Notes: generated by a model from the sequence alone, not told the origin. DNA of 64,000 nt from Candidatus Omnitrophota bacterium (GCA_035292445.1 DATDQB010000020.1:155484-219483); one strand, 5' to 3'; shown: positions 36,429 through 46,623, counted from the stretch's first letter. Made by a program: numbers and translations.

Positions 36429-39110
36429 ATGAACTCGGATGGCGTCAACCACGATGAGATCAATGTCCAGGACGTAGAGATCCAGGAGTGGATGGATTCC
36501 CTGGAATATGTCCTGCAGCACGGGACCACGGAACAGGCCGCCAAGATCCTCGGGCAACTGCAGATCCGCGCCCAAGCAGCCGGCGTTACCCTCCCCTTTA
36601 CGGTCAATACCCCTTACGTCAACACGATCCACCATTCCAAGCAGCCGGTGATGCCCGGTAATAGGGAGATCGAGCGGCGCATCAAAAGCTTGGTGCGCTG
36701 GAACGCCATGGCCATGGTCGTGCGCGGCAACCGCGCGGAAGCCGGCATCGGCGGGCACATCTCAACCTACGCCTCGGCGGCGACACTTTTTGAAGTCGGG
36801 TTTAACCATTTCTTCCGCGCGCGCACCGGTAAATTCTGCGGCGATTTCGTTTATTTTCAGGGCCATGCTTCTCCCGGCGTCTATGCCCGCGCTTTTATAG
36901 AAGGCCGGCTGACCGAACAAAACATGGAAAACTTCCGCCGGGAGCTTCAACCCGGGGGCGGATTATCCTCCTATCCCCATCCGTGGCTGATGCCGAACTT
37001 CTGGCAATTCCCGACCGTTTCCATGGGGCTTGCCCCCATCTGCGGCATTTATCAAGCCAGGTTCCTGCGCTATCTAGAAGACCGCGGCCTCAAACCCAAA
37101 GATGACGCCAAAGTATGGGTCTTTATGGGCGACGGCGAGTGTGATGAACCCGAATCATTGGGCGCTATCACGGTCGCTTCCCGCGAAAAATTAGACAATC
37201 TTGTTTTTGTCATCAACTGCAACCTCCAGCGTTTGGACGGCCCTGTGCGCGGCAACGGCAAGATCATTCAGGAACTGGAAGCTATTTTCCGCGGGGCACA
37301 ATGGAACGTCCTTAAGGTCATCTGGGGCGGCGAATGGGATCCCATTTTGGATAATGATACCGAGGGCTTATTGGCCAAACGCATGGGCGAAGTTGTCGAT
37401 GGCCAATATCAGCTCTACTCGGTTTCCAAAGGCGATTTTATCCGCAAAGATTTCTTCGGGCCTGACCAGCGCTTGCAGGAAATGGGGGCGAACCTCTCCG
37501 ATGAGCAGCTGGAAAAAATCAAACGCGGCGGGCACGACCCAGCTAAAGTCTATGCCGCTTATAAAAACGCCCAGGACTTCAAAGGGGCGCCGACCGTTAT
37601 TCTCGCGAAGACAGTCAAAGGCTACGGGCTTGGCGAGGCCGGCGAAGGCAAGAACATCACGCATCAGCAGAAAAAAATGAATGAGGAAGAGCTTAAAGAA
37701 TTCCGCACGCGATTCAATATCCCGATCTCCAATGACCAGGTTGCCGATGCCCCCTTCTACCGTCCGCCGGATAACTCCGAAGAGATGAAATACATGCATG
37801 AACGGCGTAAAGCTTTAGGCGGTTACGTTCCCTCCCGCCAACAAAAAAGTAAACCGATCAAAACACCGCCGGAAGAATTGTTCGAAGAATTTTATGAGGG
37901 GACCGAAGACCGCGAAGCGTCCACCACCATGGTGTACGTGCGCATCTTAAGCAAACTTCTTAAGGATAAAGAGGTCGGCAAGCTCATCGTTCCCATCATT
38001 CCCGATGAAGCGCGCACCTTCGGCATGGAAGCGCTGTTCCGCCAATGCGGCATTTATTCCCATATCGGCCAACTTTATGAACCGGTCGACAAAGAAAGCC
38101 TTCTTTATTACAAGGAAGCCAAAGACGGGCAGATCTTGGAAGAAGGCATCAATGAAGCAGGCTCCATCTCTTCCTTCATTGCCGCCGGAACGTCTTATTC
38201 AACGACCGGTATCAATACGATACCCTTTTATACTTATTACTCGATGTTCGGCCCGCAACGGGTCGGGGACCTCATCTGGGCCGCGGCCGATTCACGCTGC
38301 CGCGGGTTTTTGATCGGCGCAACGGCCGGGCGCACCACGCTTAACGGCGAAGGCCTGCAGCACCAGGACGGCCACAGCCATCTTCTTCTTTCATCCGTGC
38401 CGACCATACGCACCTACCATCCTTCTTATGCCTATGAGATCGCCGTTATTATCCGCGATGGCATCTATCGCATGTACGAAAAACAGGATAACGCCTTTTA
38501 CTATATCAGCGTCGGCAACGAAAACTATCCCATGCCGAAAATGCCGGCAGGCGCCAAAGAAGGCATCCTTAAGGGGCTGTACAAATTCAAGGCATCGCAA
38601 CTGAAGAAAGCATCGGCCAAGGCCCAATTGTTCGGAAGCGGCGCCATTCTTAATCAGGTCATGGAAGCGCAAAAAATACTGGAAACCAAATATAACATCG
38701 CCGCCGATGTCTGGAGCGTCACCAGCTACAACGAGCTGCGCCGCGATGGCCTTCACGTCGAACGGTCCAACATGCTCAACCCGACCAAGAAGCCCCAAGT
38801 TCCCTATGTTACCGGGCAATTGCAAGGGCTCGGTGATGTTTTTATCTTCGCCTCCGATAATATGAAAGCCATGTCCGATGGCATTGCCCCATGGGTCCCG
38901 GGACCGATGGTAAGTTTGGGGACCGACGGTTTCGGGCGCAGCGAATCGCGCGCCGCCCTTCGGGACTTTTTTGAAGTCGATGCCAAACATGTGGCCTTTG
39001 CCACGCTCGGCAAATTGTTCAAAGAAGGCAAGGTCAAAAAAGGCGTTGTCGAAAAAGCGGCCAAAGATCTCAAGATCGATCCGGATAAATTGAATCCGAT
39101 GGTTTCGTGA
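36429..39110 (+). CDS. aceE: Pyruvate dehydrogenase E1, homodimeric type
   Basis: GGHISTYAS, GDGE.DEPES, NCNLQRLDGPV, GEGLQHQDG motifs. Confidence 0.97.
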   Translation: MNSDGVNHDEINVQDVEIQEWMDSLEYVLQHGTTEQAAKILGQLQIRAQAAGVTLPFTVNTPYVNTIHHSKQPVMPGNREIERRIKSLVRWNAMAMVVRGNRAEAGIGGHISTYASAATLFEVGFNHFFRARTGKFCGDFVYFQGHASPGVYARAFIEGRLTEQNMENFRRELQPGGGLSSYPHPWLMPNFWQFPTVSMGLAPICGIYQARFLRYLEDRGLKPKDDAKVWVFMGDGECDEPESLGAITVASREKLDNLVFVINCNLQRLDGPVRGNGKIIQELEAIFRGAQWNVLKVIWGGEWDPILDNDTEGLLAKRMGEVVDGQYQLYSVSKGDFIRKDFFGPDQRLQEMGANLSDEQLEKIKRGGHDPAKVYAAYKNAQDFKGAPTVILAKTVKGYGLGEAGEGKNITHQQKKMNEEELKEFRTRFNIPISNDQVADAPFYRPPDNSEEMKYMHERRKALGGYVPSRQQKSKPIKTPPEELFEEFYEGTEDREASTTMVYVRILSKLLKDKEVGKLIVPIIPDEARTFGMEALFRQCGIYSHIGQLYEPVDKESLLYYKEAKDGQILEEGINEAGSISSFIAAGTSYSTTGINTIPFYTYYSMFGPQRVGDLIWAAADSRCRGFLIGATAGRTTLNGEGLQHQDGHSHLLLSSVPTIRTYHPSYAYEIAVIIRDGIYRMYEKQDNAFYYISVGNENYPMPKMPAGAKEGILKGLYKFKASQLKKASAKAQLFGSGAILNQVMEAQKILETKYNIAADVWSVTSYNELRRDGLHVERSNMLNPTKKPQVPYVTGQLQGLGDVFIFASDNMKAMSDGIAPWVPGPMVSLGTDGFGRSESRAALRDFFEVDAKHVAFATLGKLFKEGKVKKGVVEKAAKDLKIDPDKLNPMVS

Positions 39111-39122
39111 AAATAATTCATG

Positions 39123-39194
39123 GGTTACCAGTTACCCGTAACCCGTTTCCTATAGAAATCAAAACCGGCAACTGGTAACCGGTAACAGGTAACC
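39123..39194. repeat. Inverted array of heptamer repeats (GTTACCN / GGTAACN)
   Basis: GTTACCA GTTACCC GTAACCC GTTTCCT ... GCAACTG GTAACCG GTAACAG GTAACC. Confidence 0.8.
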
Positions 39195-39213
39195 AAACCT
39201 CCTTACTTTTACT

Positions 39214-40509
39214 ATGATCGACTTCAAACTCCCCGCCGTCGGCGAAAACATCGAAAAAGGAACGGTCATCAAGCTGTTGGTCTCCGTTGGCGAAGCCGTT
39301 GCCAAGGGCCAGGACCTATTGGAACTGGAAACCGACAAAGCGACCATTCCTGTCCCCTCTCCCAACAACGGTGTCATCAAAGAGATCTTCATTAAAGAAG
39401 GCGATGAGGTCAAAGTCGGCGCTGTCATTATGAAAATTGAAACCCGCCAGCATTCTTCGAATGCTGGCGAGGCCTCGCCAGATTTACAAAAGAAATCTGG
39501 CTGGCCGCCAGCCGCAAAAATTTCCGAACAAAAACCTAAAATCGCAACTAAGACCACAACAAGAGCAGTGCCTCAACCGATGTCACGCACTCCGCTGCCT
39601 AATGAAGCGATTCCCCCACAGACCAATGTCCCGGCCGCGCCGGTCGTACGGCGGTTAGCCCGCGAACTGGGAATCGTTATCTCTCAAGTGCAAGGGTCAG
39701 GCCCGGGCGGGCGCATCAGCGACGATGACGTTAAGGCGTTTGCCAAACAGATCATTTTAGGCGCCGGCCAGATGGGTGGCGGGCTGGCGAAAAAGACCTT
39801 GCCGGATTTTACCAAATGGGGCGAAGTTGAGCGCCAGCCGATGAACAACATCCGCAAAATAACCGCGGAACATTTGAGCTACTGCTGGCAGACCATCCCT
39901 CATGTCACCCAATTTGACAATGCCGACATTACGGAATTGGAAGACTTGCGCAAAAATAGATCAACAGACCATCGCAAGCTCACCATCACCGCGTTTCTCT
40001 TGAAAGTGATGGCTTGGGGCCTGAAAGAATTCCCGCAATTTAATTCCAGCGTCGATATGGACACGCAAGAGATCATTTACAAAAAATACATTCATTTAGG
40101 TGTGGCGGTCGATACCGACCGGGGGCTTTTGGTGCCGGTCATCCGTGACGTCGACAAGAAAAGCATCGTTGAACTGACCGATGAGCTTGGCAAAATGGCC
40201 GAACGGGCCAGGACCAGAAAAACTTCTTTGGAAGAGCTCCACGGCAGCAGCATGGCCCTGACCAATTTAGGGGGCATCGGCGGCACCCATTTTACGCCGA
40301 TCATCAACTGGCCCGATGTCGCCATTTTAGGCGTGTCCCGCGGCGTGTGGGAGCCGGTGTACGCGGACGGCAAATTTATTCCCCGTTTAAAACTTCCCCT
40401 TTCACTTTCCTACGACCATCGCATCATCGATGGGGCCGACGGCGCCAGATTCTTACGCTGGGTCTGCAGGAAGATCGAACAGACATCCTGGGCGGATGAA
40501 TTAAGGTAG
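39214..40509 (+). CDS. aceF: Dihydrolipoamide acetyltransferase E2 (one lipoyl domain)
   Basis: ETDKA lipoyl motif, GSGPGGRI E3-binding domain, YDHRIIDGA catalytic motif. Confidence 0.95.
   Translation: MIDFKLPAVGENIEKGTVIKLLVSVGEAVAKGQDLLELETDKATIPVPSPNNGVIKEIFIKEGDEVKVGAVIMKIETRQHSSNAGEASPDLQKKSGWPPAAKISEQKPKIATKTTTRAVPQPMSRTPLPNEAIPPQTNVPAAPVVRRLARELGIVISQVQGSGPGGRISDDDVKAFAKQIILGAGQMGGGLAKKTLPDFTKWGEVERQPMNNIRKITAEHLSYCWQTIPHVTQFDNADITELEDLRKNRSTDHRKLTITAFLLKVMAWGLKEFPQFNSSVDMDTQEIIYKKYIHLGVAVDTDRGLLVPVIRDVDKKSIVELTDELGKMAERARTRKTSLEELHGSSMALTNLGGIGGTHFTPIINWPDVAILGVSRGVWEPVYADGKFIPRLKLPLSLSYDHRIIDGADGARFLRWVCRKIEQTSWADELR
39444..39505. repeat. Double-hairpin palindromic element in-frame in the aceF linker
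   Basis: CGCCAGCATTC-TTC-GAATGCTGGCG and GCCAGATTT...AAATCTGGC. Confidence 0.7.
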
Positions 40510-40561
40510 GGGCAGGCCTTGCGCCTGCCCGATAACGGGCAACCATAAAGGTTGCCCCTAC
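40506..40561. repeat. GTAG-family REP doublet providing the aceF stop codon
   Basis: GTAGGGGCAGGC..GCCTGCCC...GGGCAACC..GGTTGCCCCTAC. Confidence 0.8.
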
Positions 40562-40566
40562 ATAAT

Positions 40567-42366
40567 ATGATAGACATCAAATTACCGGAAATAGGCGAGA
40601 ACATAGAAAAAGGCACGGTCATCAAGCTGTTGGTTTCCGTCGGCGATCAAGTCACGAAGGGGCAGGATCTTCTCGAGCTGGAAACGGACAAAGCGACCAT
40701 TCCTGTCCCTTCGGCCTATAGCGGCGTTATCAAAGAGATCCTTATTAAAGAAGGCCAAGACGTCGAGATCGGCGCGGTGATCATGCGCCTCGATGCGCGA
40801 TCACTCGAAAGCGGCAAGGCTAAGCCAGCCACCCCTCAACCAAAGCCTCAAGCGCAACAAAAAACTCAAGCAGTCCGCCAACATTCTTTGAATGTTGGCG
40901 AGACCTCGCCAGATTTACAACGTAAATCTGGCGGGCAACCGCCCGTTGACCTTAAGAATATCAAAGTCGCTGTCGTTGGTGCCGGCCCCGGCGGTTATGC
41001 CGCCGCCTTTTTGGCCGCTGATTTAGGCCTAGACATCACCTTGATCGACCGTGATATCAACCCTGGCGGCGTTTGCCTTTACCGCGGCTGCATCCCTTCG
41101 AAAGCACTGCTTCATGCGGCCAAAGTTTTATCGGAATCCAAAGACGCCAAACATTTCGGTATCGAATTCAACAAACCCAAGATCGATCTCGATAAATTAC
41201 GCGGATGGAAAGACAGCGTTGTCCAGCAACTCACGGGCGGCTTAGGGATATTGGCCAAACAACGGAAGGTCAAATATGTCCGCGGGACCGCCACGTTCGT
41301 TGACTCAACCACACTGCTTATCAAAAAAGAAGACGGCTCATCGGAAAAAAGTAAATTTGATTATACGGTGATCGCCACCGGTTCCCGGCCCATTAAACTT
41401 CCTTTCCAGCCGGATTCCAAACGCCTGCTGGATTCGACAACGGCGCTCGAGCTTGAAAACATCCCTAAGTCCCTTCTGTTGGTCGGCGCCGGCTATATCG
41501 GGCTGGAATTGGGAACGGTGTATGCTGAATTAGGCGGTGAAGTTTCCGTCGTTGAAATGATGCCGGGGATCATTCCCGGAGCGGACCGCGACCTGGCCCA
41601 AGTGCTGGAAAAACGTTTAAAAACGATTTTCAAAAACATCATGCTCTCAACCAAGGTCCTGGGCATGAAAGAGACGAAAGACGGCATTAAGGTTTCTTTC
41701 GAAGACAAGGACGGCAAAAAATTTGATGAAACGTATGAAAAGGTGTTGGTCGCTATCGGCCGCAAGCCCAATTCGGAAAACTTAGGTTTGGATAAAACAA
41801 AAGTCAAGATCGACCCAAAAGGGTTTATCGAAGTGAATGGGCAACGGCGTACCGCCGATCCGCACATCTACGCCATCGGCGATGTCGCGGGAAATCCGAT
41901 GCTCGCGCATAAGGCCTCCCACGAAGGGCGCATCGCGGTTGAGGCGATCGCCGGCCATAAAGTGGCCTTCGAGCCCAACGCCATTCCGGCGGTTGTCTTT
42001 ACGGATCCCGAGATCGCCTGGGCGGGCTTGACCGAAACCGAGGCCAAAGACCAGGGCATTGAAGTGGAAGTCGTCAAATATCCGTGGGCGGCATCAGGGC
42101 GGGCCTTAACGCTTAACCGCAGCGACGGGTTTACAAAACTTTTGATACAGCCTAGAACGGAACGCATCTTAGGTGTTTCGATCGTGGGGCCCGGGGCGGG
42201 TGAGTTGATCGCGGAAGGTGTCTTGGCGCTCGAAATGGGCTCGGTCGTCTCAGACCTGAAACTCAGTATCCATCCTCATCCAACACTTACCGAAACGCTC
42301 ATGGAATCAGCAGAAATATTCTTCGGCCAAAGCACGCATGTCTACAAGCCCAGAAAAAAAGGATAG
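40567..42366 (+). CDS. lpdA: Dihydrolipoamide dehydrogenase E3 with N-terminal lipoyl domain
   Basis: ETDKA, GAGPGGY, GGVCLYRGCIPSK, HPHPTLTE motifs. Confidence 0.96.
   Translation: MIDIKLPEIGENIEKGTVIKLLVSVGDQVTKGQDLLELETDKATIPVPSAYSGVIKEILIKEGQDVEIGAVIMRLDARSLESGKAKPATPQPKPQAQQKTQAVRQHSLNVGETSPDLQRKSGGQPPVDLKNIKVAVVGAGPGGYAAAFLAADLGLDITLIDRDINPGGVCLYRGCIPSKALLHAAKVLSESKDAKHFGIEFNKPKIDLDKLRGWKDSVVQQLTGGLGILAKQRKVKYVRGTATFVDSTTLLIKKEDGSSEKSKFDYTVIATGSRPIKLPFQPDSKRLLDSTTALELENIPKSLLLVGAGYIGLELGTVYAELGGEVSVVEMMPGIIPGADRDLAQVLEKRLKTIFKNIMLSTKVLGMKETKDGIKVSFEDKDGKKFDETYEKVLVAIGRKPNSENLGLDKTKVKIDPKGFIEVNGQRRTADPHIYAIGDVAGNPMLAHKASHEGRIAVEAIAGHKVAFEPNAIPAVVFTDPEIAWAGLTETEAKDQGIEVEVVKYPWAASGRALTLNRSDGFTKLLIQPRTERILGVSIVGPGAGELIAEGVLALEMGSVVSDLKLSIHPHPTLTETLMESAEIFFGQSTHVYKPRKKG
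40875..40935. repeat. Second copy of the double-hairpin element, in-frame in the lpdA linker
   Basis: CGCCAACATTC-TTT-GAATGTTGGCG and CGCCAGATTTAC..GTAAATCTGGCG. Confidence 0.7.
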
Positions 42367-42549
42367 TTGGTTATAAGTTGTAAGTTATAAGTAGTAAGTT
42401 AAAAGAAAAACAGAAAAAAACAAACAAACAAAAAAAACGATATTCATATTTTGAATATCGTTTTTTTCTTTCTTTATTCTTTATTTATTTTTTCTTTCTT
42501 TTTTGCTTTTAAGCTTTTACTTATAACCTATGACTTATTACTTATGACT
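42366..42549. repeat. Long imperfect palindrome: heptamer arms around a bidirectional terminator
   Basis: ATAAGTT-like units on the left, ACTTATN-like on the right; central AAAAAAACGATATTCA-TATTT-TGAATATCGTTTTTTT between convergent genes. Confidence 0.75.
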
Positions 42550-42553
42550 CTTT

Positions 42554-42925
42554 CTAAATCTCTTTCCCTATCGCCAACTTGACCACCTGGCGCACTTCAT
42601 CCATTTCAAAAGGTTTCTTCAGGCATGTGATCGCCCCCAATTCCATGGCGCGATGGCGCTTCTCATCCACCGAATAACCGCTCATCATGACAACCGGCAG
42701 GTCGGGAGCGACCTCTCTGATCTTTTCCAATACCGACACCCCATCGGGTTCCGGCATGACGATATCGATAAAAACAATATCAAACTTCTCTTTCTTGACC
42801 AATTGGACCGCCTCTTCGCCGTCCTGGACGATCTTGATGTCATGGCCCTTATAGCCCAAGGTGACCCCGAAAAGGTCCCCGATCACCCGTTTATCATCCA
42901 CGACCAATGCTTTTATTTTATCCAT
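42554..42925 (-). CDS. Single-domain response regulator
   Basis: LVVDD, DIVMP, MSGY, KPF. Confidence 0.92.
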   Translation of the reverse strand: MDKIKALVVDDKRVIGDLFGVTLGYKGHDIKIVQDGEEAVQLVKKEKFDIVFIDIVMPEPDGVSVLEKIREVAPDLPVVMMSGYSVDEKRHRAMELGAITCLKKPFEMDEVRQVVKLAIGKEI

Positions 42926-42967
42926 CGTTCTTCTCCGAATGACTTATTATAACAGAGGCCAAACCGG

Positions 42968-43864
42968 TTATGTTTTTTGTTCTTTCGTTTTAACGGCCGG
43001 GAGTTTAATGATAAAATTGGCCCCCTTGTGCGGCTGGCTTTCCACGTATACCTTGCCGCCGTGCTCGGCGATCAAGTCTTTGACGAGCGTGAGCCCGATC
43101 CCCGCCCCCTTCGGCTTTTTCGAATAAAAAGGCTCAAAGATCCTTTGTTGGTCGCCCGCCGAAATCCCCGGGCCGGTATCCAGGAAAGAAACTTCAACCT
43201 CGTTCTTCGGCGCATCAAAGCTTGTCGAAATGGCCAGGAATTTATCGCTCCCGCGCGGCAGTTCCCCCATCGCCTGCATCGCGTTAATGACGATATTCAT
43301 GAAGATCTGCTGCAGGTGGATCCCGTCGGCATAAACGAAAGGCAGGCCGTCTTCCAAATTCAGGTCCCAATTGACGCGCTGGATGCGCAATTCGTCCTTC
43401 AACAAATTGATCGAACGGTAAATGATGTCGTTGACGTTGATATAATCCTTCCTGATCTCCCGATGGCGGACCAATTCCATCAGATCGCCCAGCATCTCCT
43501 TAAGGTACACCGATTGCTCATCGATCAAACACACCGGCTTATAGAAGACGACATTGGGGTCCATTTCTTTCTTGAGGAATTTGGCGAAGCCGTGAATGGC
43601 TGTGATCGGCTGGCTGATCTGGTGCAGTATGCCTGCGCTCAAACTGGCGACGGCGGAAATTTTCCCGCTCTCCATCAATTTAAGCTGGGTGGTGCGCAGC
43701 TCCTCGACGACCTGGCTCATCTCGCGGGCCTTCTCATCCAGGGCGTTCTCGTACTGGCGCGTCTTGTCCCTGATCTGCTTATTCAGGAAGACGATATAAA
43801 TAAAAAGGACGAGGACGATGATGAACTGGATAAAAGCCAAAATGGTCAGCTGTAAAAGTGTCAT
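42968..43864 (-). CDS. Membrane-anchored histidine kinase lacking a sensor domain
   Basis: N-terminal TM; LHQISQP H-box; NA, DTGPGI, FEPF, GAGIGL. Confidence 0.88.
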   Translation of the reverse strand: MTLLQLTILAFIQFIIVLVLFIYIVFLNKQIRDKTRQYENALDEKAREMSQVVEELRTTQLKLMESGKISAVASLSAGILHQISQPITAIHGFAKFLKKEMDPNVVFYKPVCLIDEQSVYLKEMLGDLMELVRHREIRKDYINVNDIIYRSINLLKDELRIQRVNWDLNLEDGLPFVYADGIHLQQIFMNIVINAMQAMGELPRGSDKFLAISTSFDAPKNEVEVSFLDTGPGISAGDQQRIFEPFYSKKPKGAGIGLTLVKDLIAEHGGKVYVESQPHKGANFIIKLPAVKTKEQKT

Positions 43865-44316
43865 AGGTCCTTAATATCTAAATGGAACATCCATTGGTCG
43901 CCTTTTTTGATGCCGTGCTTCCTGACTTCCCCGGCATTGACCTCCAAGACATAGACCGCCTCTTCTTCGGGAACATAATGGGGGCAGGGGTCTTTCTCAC
44001 AGGGCACGGCCTCTTCCTTGATGTCCACGACCCGCCGGGCATCATCCAGCCATAAGATATCCAACGGGATCAATGTGTCTTTCATCCAAAATGAATGGCG
44101 GTAACTGGAAGGAAAAACGAACAACATTCCCCGGCGGCCCTCAAGCTGCTGGCGGAACATAAGCCCCTTCATCCATTCCTCCTGTGTCCTGGCCACTTCG
44201 ACCTCGTAACAAATATCTTTGAGGCAGGCCCGGTGTTGCCCCCCCGGTGCGGCGGCACACGCCAAGAATAAAAACACGACCGCCAAAATAAAATTACTCG
44301 GAAAGAATCGGATCAT
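43861..44316 (-). CDS. DUF192 family protein
   Basis: GLMFR, GMLFVF, FWMKDTLIPLD, VLEVNAG. Confidence 0.9.
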   Translation of the reverse strand: MIRFFPSNFILAVVFLFLACAAAPGGQHRACLKDICYEVEVARTQEEWMKGLMFRQQLEGRRGMLFVFPSSYRHSFWMKDTLIPLDILWLDDARRVVDIKEEAVPCEKDPCPHYVPEEEAVYVLEVNAGEVRKHGIKKGDQWMFHLDIKDL

Positions 44317-45658
44317 CGGATTGAATGATATTCAAATAATCTTTAAATTCCAGTTTACCTGTGATCTCTTTGTTAGTGACGGCGATGCGCCGTGATATAT
44401 GCGGGTGCGTGCGCCAATAGCTGTACACCCGGATCGGGTCTTTTTCCTGCTTTTCTTTGAGCATCTCAAGAAAGACGATCATTTGGGCCGGGTCATAACC
44501 GGCATTTTTCATGTATTTGACCGCCAGCTGATCGGCCTGAAATTCATCCTGCTGGGAATATTCCGTGAACAAAGAACTGATCGCCAAGCTGACTCCCGCC
44601 GCCACATCGGAATTTTTTGTCTCCATCGATAAGATCTGCACGAGCATGGCGCCGTAAAAAGCCTGCAGCCTCTTAACGCCGTGCCGGGCAGTGATGTGCC
44701 CGACCTCGTGCGCGATGACGCCAGCCAACTGGTCATCGTTCTCGATTTTATCCATCAGGTCTTTGAATACATAAATATACCCTCCCGGAAGGCTGACAGC
44801 GTTAATGATCTCCTCGCCGCTTTCTTCTTTTTCATCGATGATCTTCGCGAAATACAGCAAGCCTTTACGGTCACAGACTTGGACGATACGCTCAAGAACC
44901 AGATCAAGCCGTTCATTAAGGTCGATGTCCTCAATGACCTCAAATTGCTCCTCGACCTGCTCGGCCACGCGTTCCCCGATACGGACTTCCTTGTCGGTCG
45001 AGTATAACAAGGATTCCTGCTGGCGCGTGGCCAGGTTATATTCGCTGGTGCATCCACAGAAAAAAACGGCCAAACACACGCTCAAGACACAAACGCCCAT
45101 TTTCTTGAGCATCCTAAACAGCTTCGCCATCGGCAATCCGATCACGTTGGTGTAACAGCCCTCGATCCGGTGGATAAAAACGCTGCCGACCCCTTCGATA
45201 TCAAACCCGCCGGCCTTATCAAAGGGGTGCACCTTGCGGTGGTAATTGCCGATCTCTTTATCCGTCAAGGCCGTCATGTACACCTTTGTCTTTTCGTAAT
45301 CAACGAGCCGCTTTCCCGAATCGGTATCGATCAGCGCCACCCCCGTATAAACCCATTGGGCCTTTGAAAAAAGGGCCTTTAAGATGCGCCGGGCATCCGC
45401 GTAATTGCGCGGCTTTAAAATAAGCCTTTTACCGCCCGCGTAAACGACCGTATCGGCGCCGATGACAATACTGCCTTTATGTCGAGCCGCCACTTCTTGG
45501 GCCTTTTTCAAAGCGTTGTGCTGGACCAAGTGGGCGCAGCTGTAGGTGATGTTCTCTAATTCTTTGGAATGGCTGGGCACGACGCAAAATTTGACGCCCA
45601 GAAGCGAAAGAAGTTTCTTGCGCTGCTTGGAAGCTGATGCAAGGATTATACGTTTCAT
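44294..45658 (-). CDS. maf: Maf nucleoside-triphosphate pyrophosphatase fused to lipoprotein-type M48 metallopeptidase
   Basis: ILASAS.R, GADTVV, KAGGF, NVIGLP; then hydrophobic stretch/FCGC; NAVSLPGG, HEVGH, THP. Confidence 0.85.
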   Translation of the reverse strand: MKRIILASASKQRKKLLSLLGVKFCVVPSHSKELENITYSCAHLVQHNALKKAQEVAARHKGSIVIGADTVVYAGGKRLILKPRNYADARRILKALFSKAQWVYTGVALIDTDSGKRLVDYEKTKVYMTALTDKEIGNYHRKVHPFDKAGGFDIEGVGSVFIHRIEGCYTNVIGLPMAKLFRMLKKMGVCVLSVCLAVFFCGCTSEYNLATRQQESLLYSTDKEVRIGERVAEQVEEQFEVIEDIDLNERLDLVLERIVQVCDRKGLLYFAKIIDEKEESGEEIINAVSLPGGYIYVFKDLMDKIENDDQLAGVIAHEVGHITARHGVKRLQAFYGAMLVQILSMETKNSDVAAGVSLAISSLFTEYSQQDEFQADQLAVKYMKNAGYDPAQMIVFLEMLKEKQEKDPIRVYSYWRTHPHISRRIAVTNKEITGKLEFKDYLNIIQSDDPILSE

Positions 45659-45665
45659 TTATATA

Positions 45666-46241
45666 TCAAGATGAATGGAAATCGCCGGCCTTAAAAACGG
45701 ATACCAGCTCACAGCCTTTTTTGGCCAGCGCTTCTTTGGCCCCTTCCCCGCGGTCGATCAGGCAAACCGCCTTCACCACCTTGACATCAAGGGCCGTTAA
45801 AACGTCCAGAGAATGGATGAACGCCTGGCCCGTCGTTGCCACATCGTCGATCAGGATAACGCGGCTGCCCTTCGCGAGCGCCGGGCCTTCGAGCAAGCGC
45901 TGCTTGCCGTGCTCTTTGGCTTTTTTTCGGATAATGAACGTCTTCAAATGTTTCTTCTGCTGGTGGCTTAACACGTTAATGGCCCCGACCAGAGGATCGG
46001 CCCCCAGCGTCGGCCCGCCGATGGCGTCATAGGTAAGGCCTTCGATCGCCTCCAGGATAAGTTTGGCGCTCAAGTACGCGCCGTCAGAGGTCAGGGTGAT
46101 GAGGCGGGCGTCGATGTAATAGTCGCTCACTTTCCCCGAGGAAAGGGTGACCTTCTCGCGGAAATAGGCGTTCTTCTTGATGATGTTCCTAAGCTGTTCT
46201 TTGTCTTGCCTGGATTCAACGCTCATGGTTATCTTATCCAT
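45666..46241 (-). CDS. pyrE: Orotate phosphoribosyltransferase
   Basis: LSSGK.S.YYID, RKKAKEHG, IDDVATTG. Confidence 0.95.
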   Translation of the reverse strand: MDKITMSVESRQDKEQLRNIIKKNAYFREKVTLSSGKVSDYYIDARLITLTSDGAYLSAKLILEAIEGLTYDAIGGPTLGADPLVGAINVLSHQQKKHLKTFIIRKKAKEHGKQRLLEGPALAKGSRVILIDDVATTGQAFIHSLDVLTALDVKVVKAVCLIDRGEGAKEALAKKGCELVSVFKAGDFHSS

Positions 46242-46540
46242 TCATCGATGGGCGGCGGCTGCAATTCCCTTAATTGCATCTCAAGCCTTAAAGCGATGAC
46301 ATATCCCAACAATCCTTTATGCTTTTCATATTCTTTCGGCGTAAAACCTGCTTTGCCGTGGAAGGTGCGGCTGGCATCGATCTCTATCTTGACCTGGATA
46401 TAGGCGCTGATCAGGTCGGCATCCGATAATTCTTTGACTTCTTCCTTGGAAAGGACCGGCACATCGTAAAGAAAGGCCCAGGAAAGGCTTGTGGTGCACA
46501 GGAACATTCCCAACGCGATAAGAACGATGGTTTTTTTCAT
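46229..46540 (-). CDS. Small secreted hypothetical protein
   Basis: GGAGG RBS, signal peptide ending SWA. Confidence 0.65.
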   Translation of the reverse strand: MKKTIVLIALGMFLCTTSLSWAFLYDVPVLSKEEVKELSDADLISAYIQVKIEIDASRTFHGKAGFTPKEYEKHKGLLGYVIALRLEMQLRELQPPPIDEWIR

Positions 46541-46623
46541 CAACGACCTCCCTTATTAATTGCGTTTATTATACCTTTTCGATATGAGCGATTCAAGGCG
46601 ATTTTAACGCGAAATCGAACGGG

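Noticed and set aside
40567-40800. Lipoyl domain on E3 as a novelty
   Set aside because: Lipoyl-bearing LpdA is already known in several bacteria
42977-43855. 292-aa plus-strand ORF
   Set aside because: Exact antisense shadow of the histidine kinase, explained by codon bias
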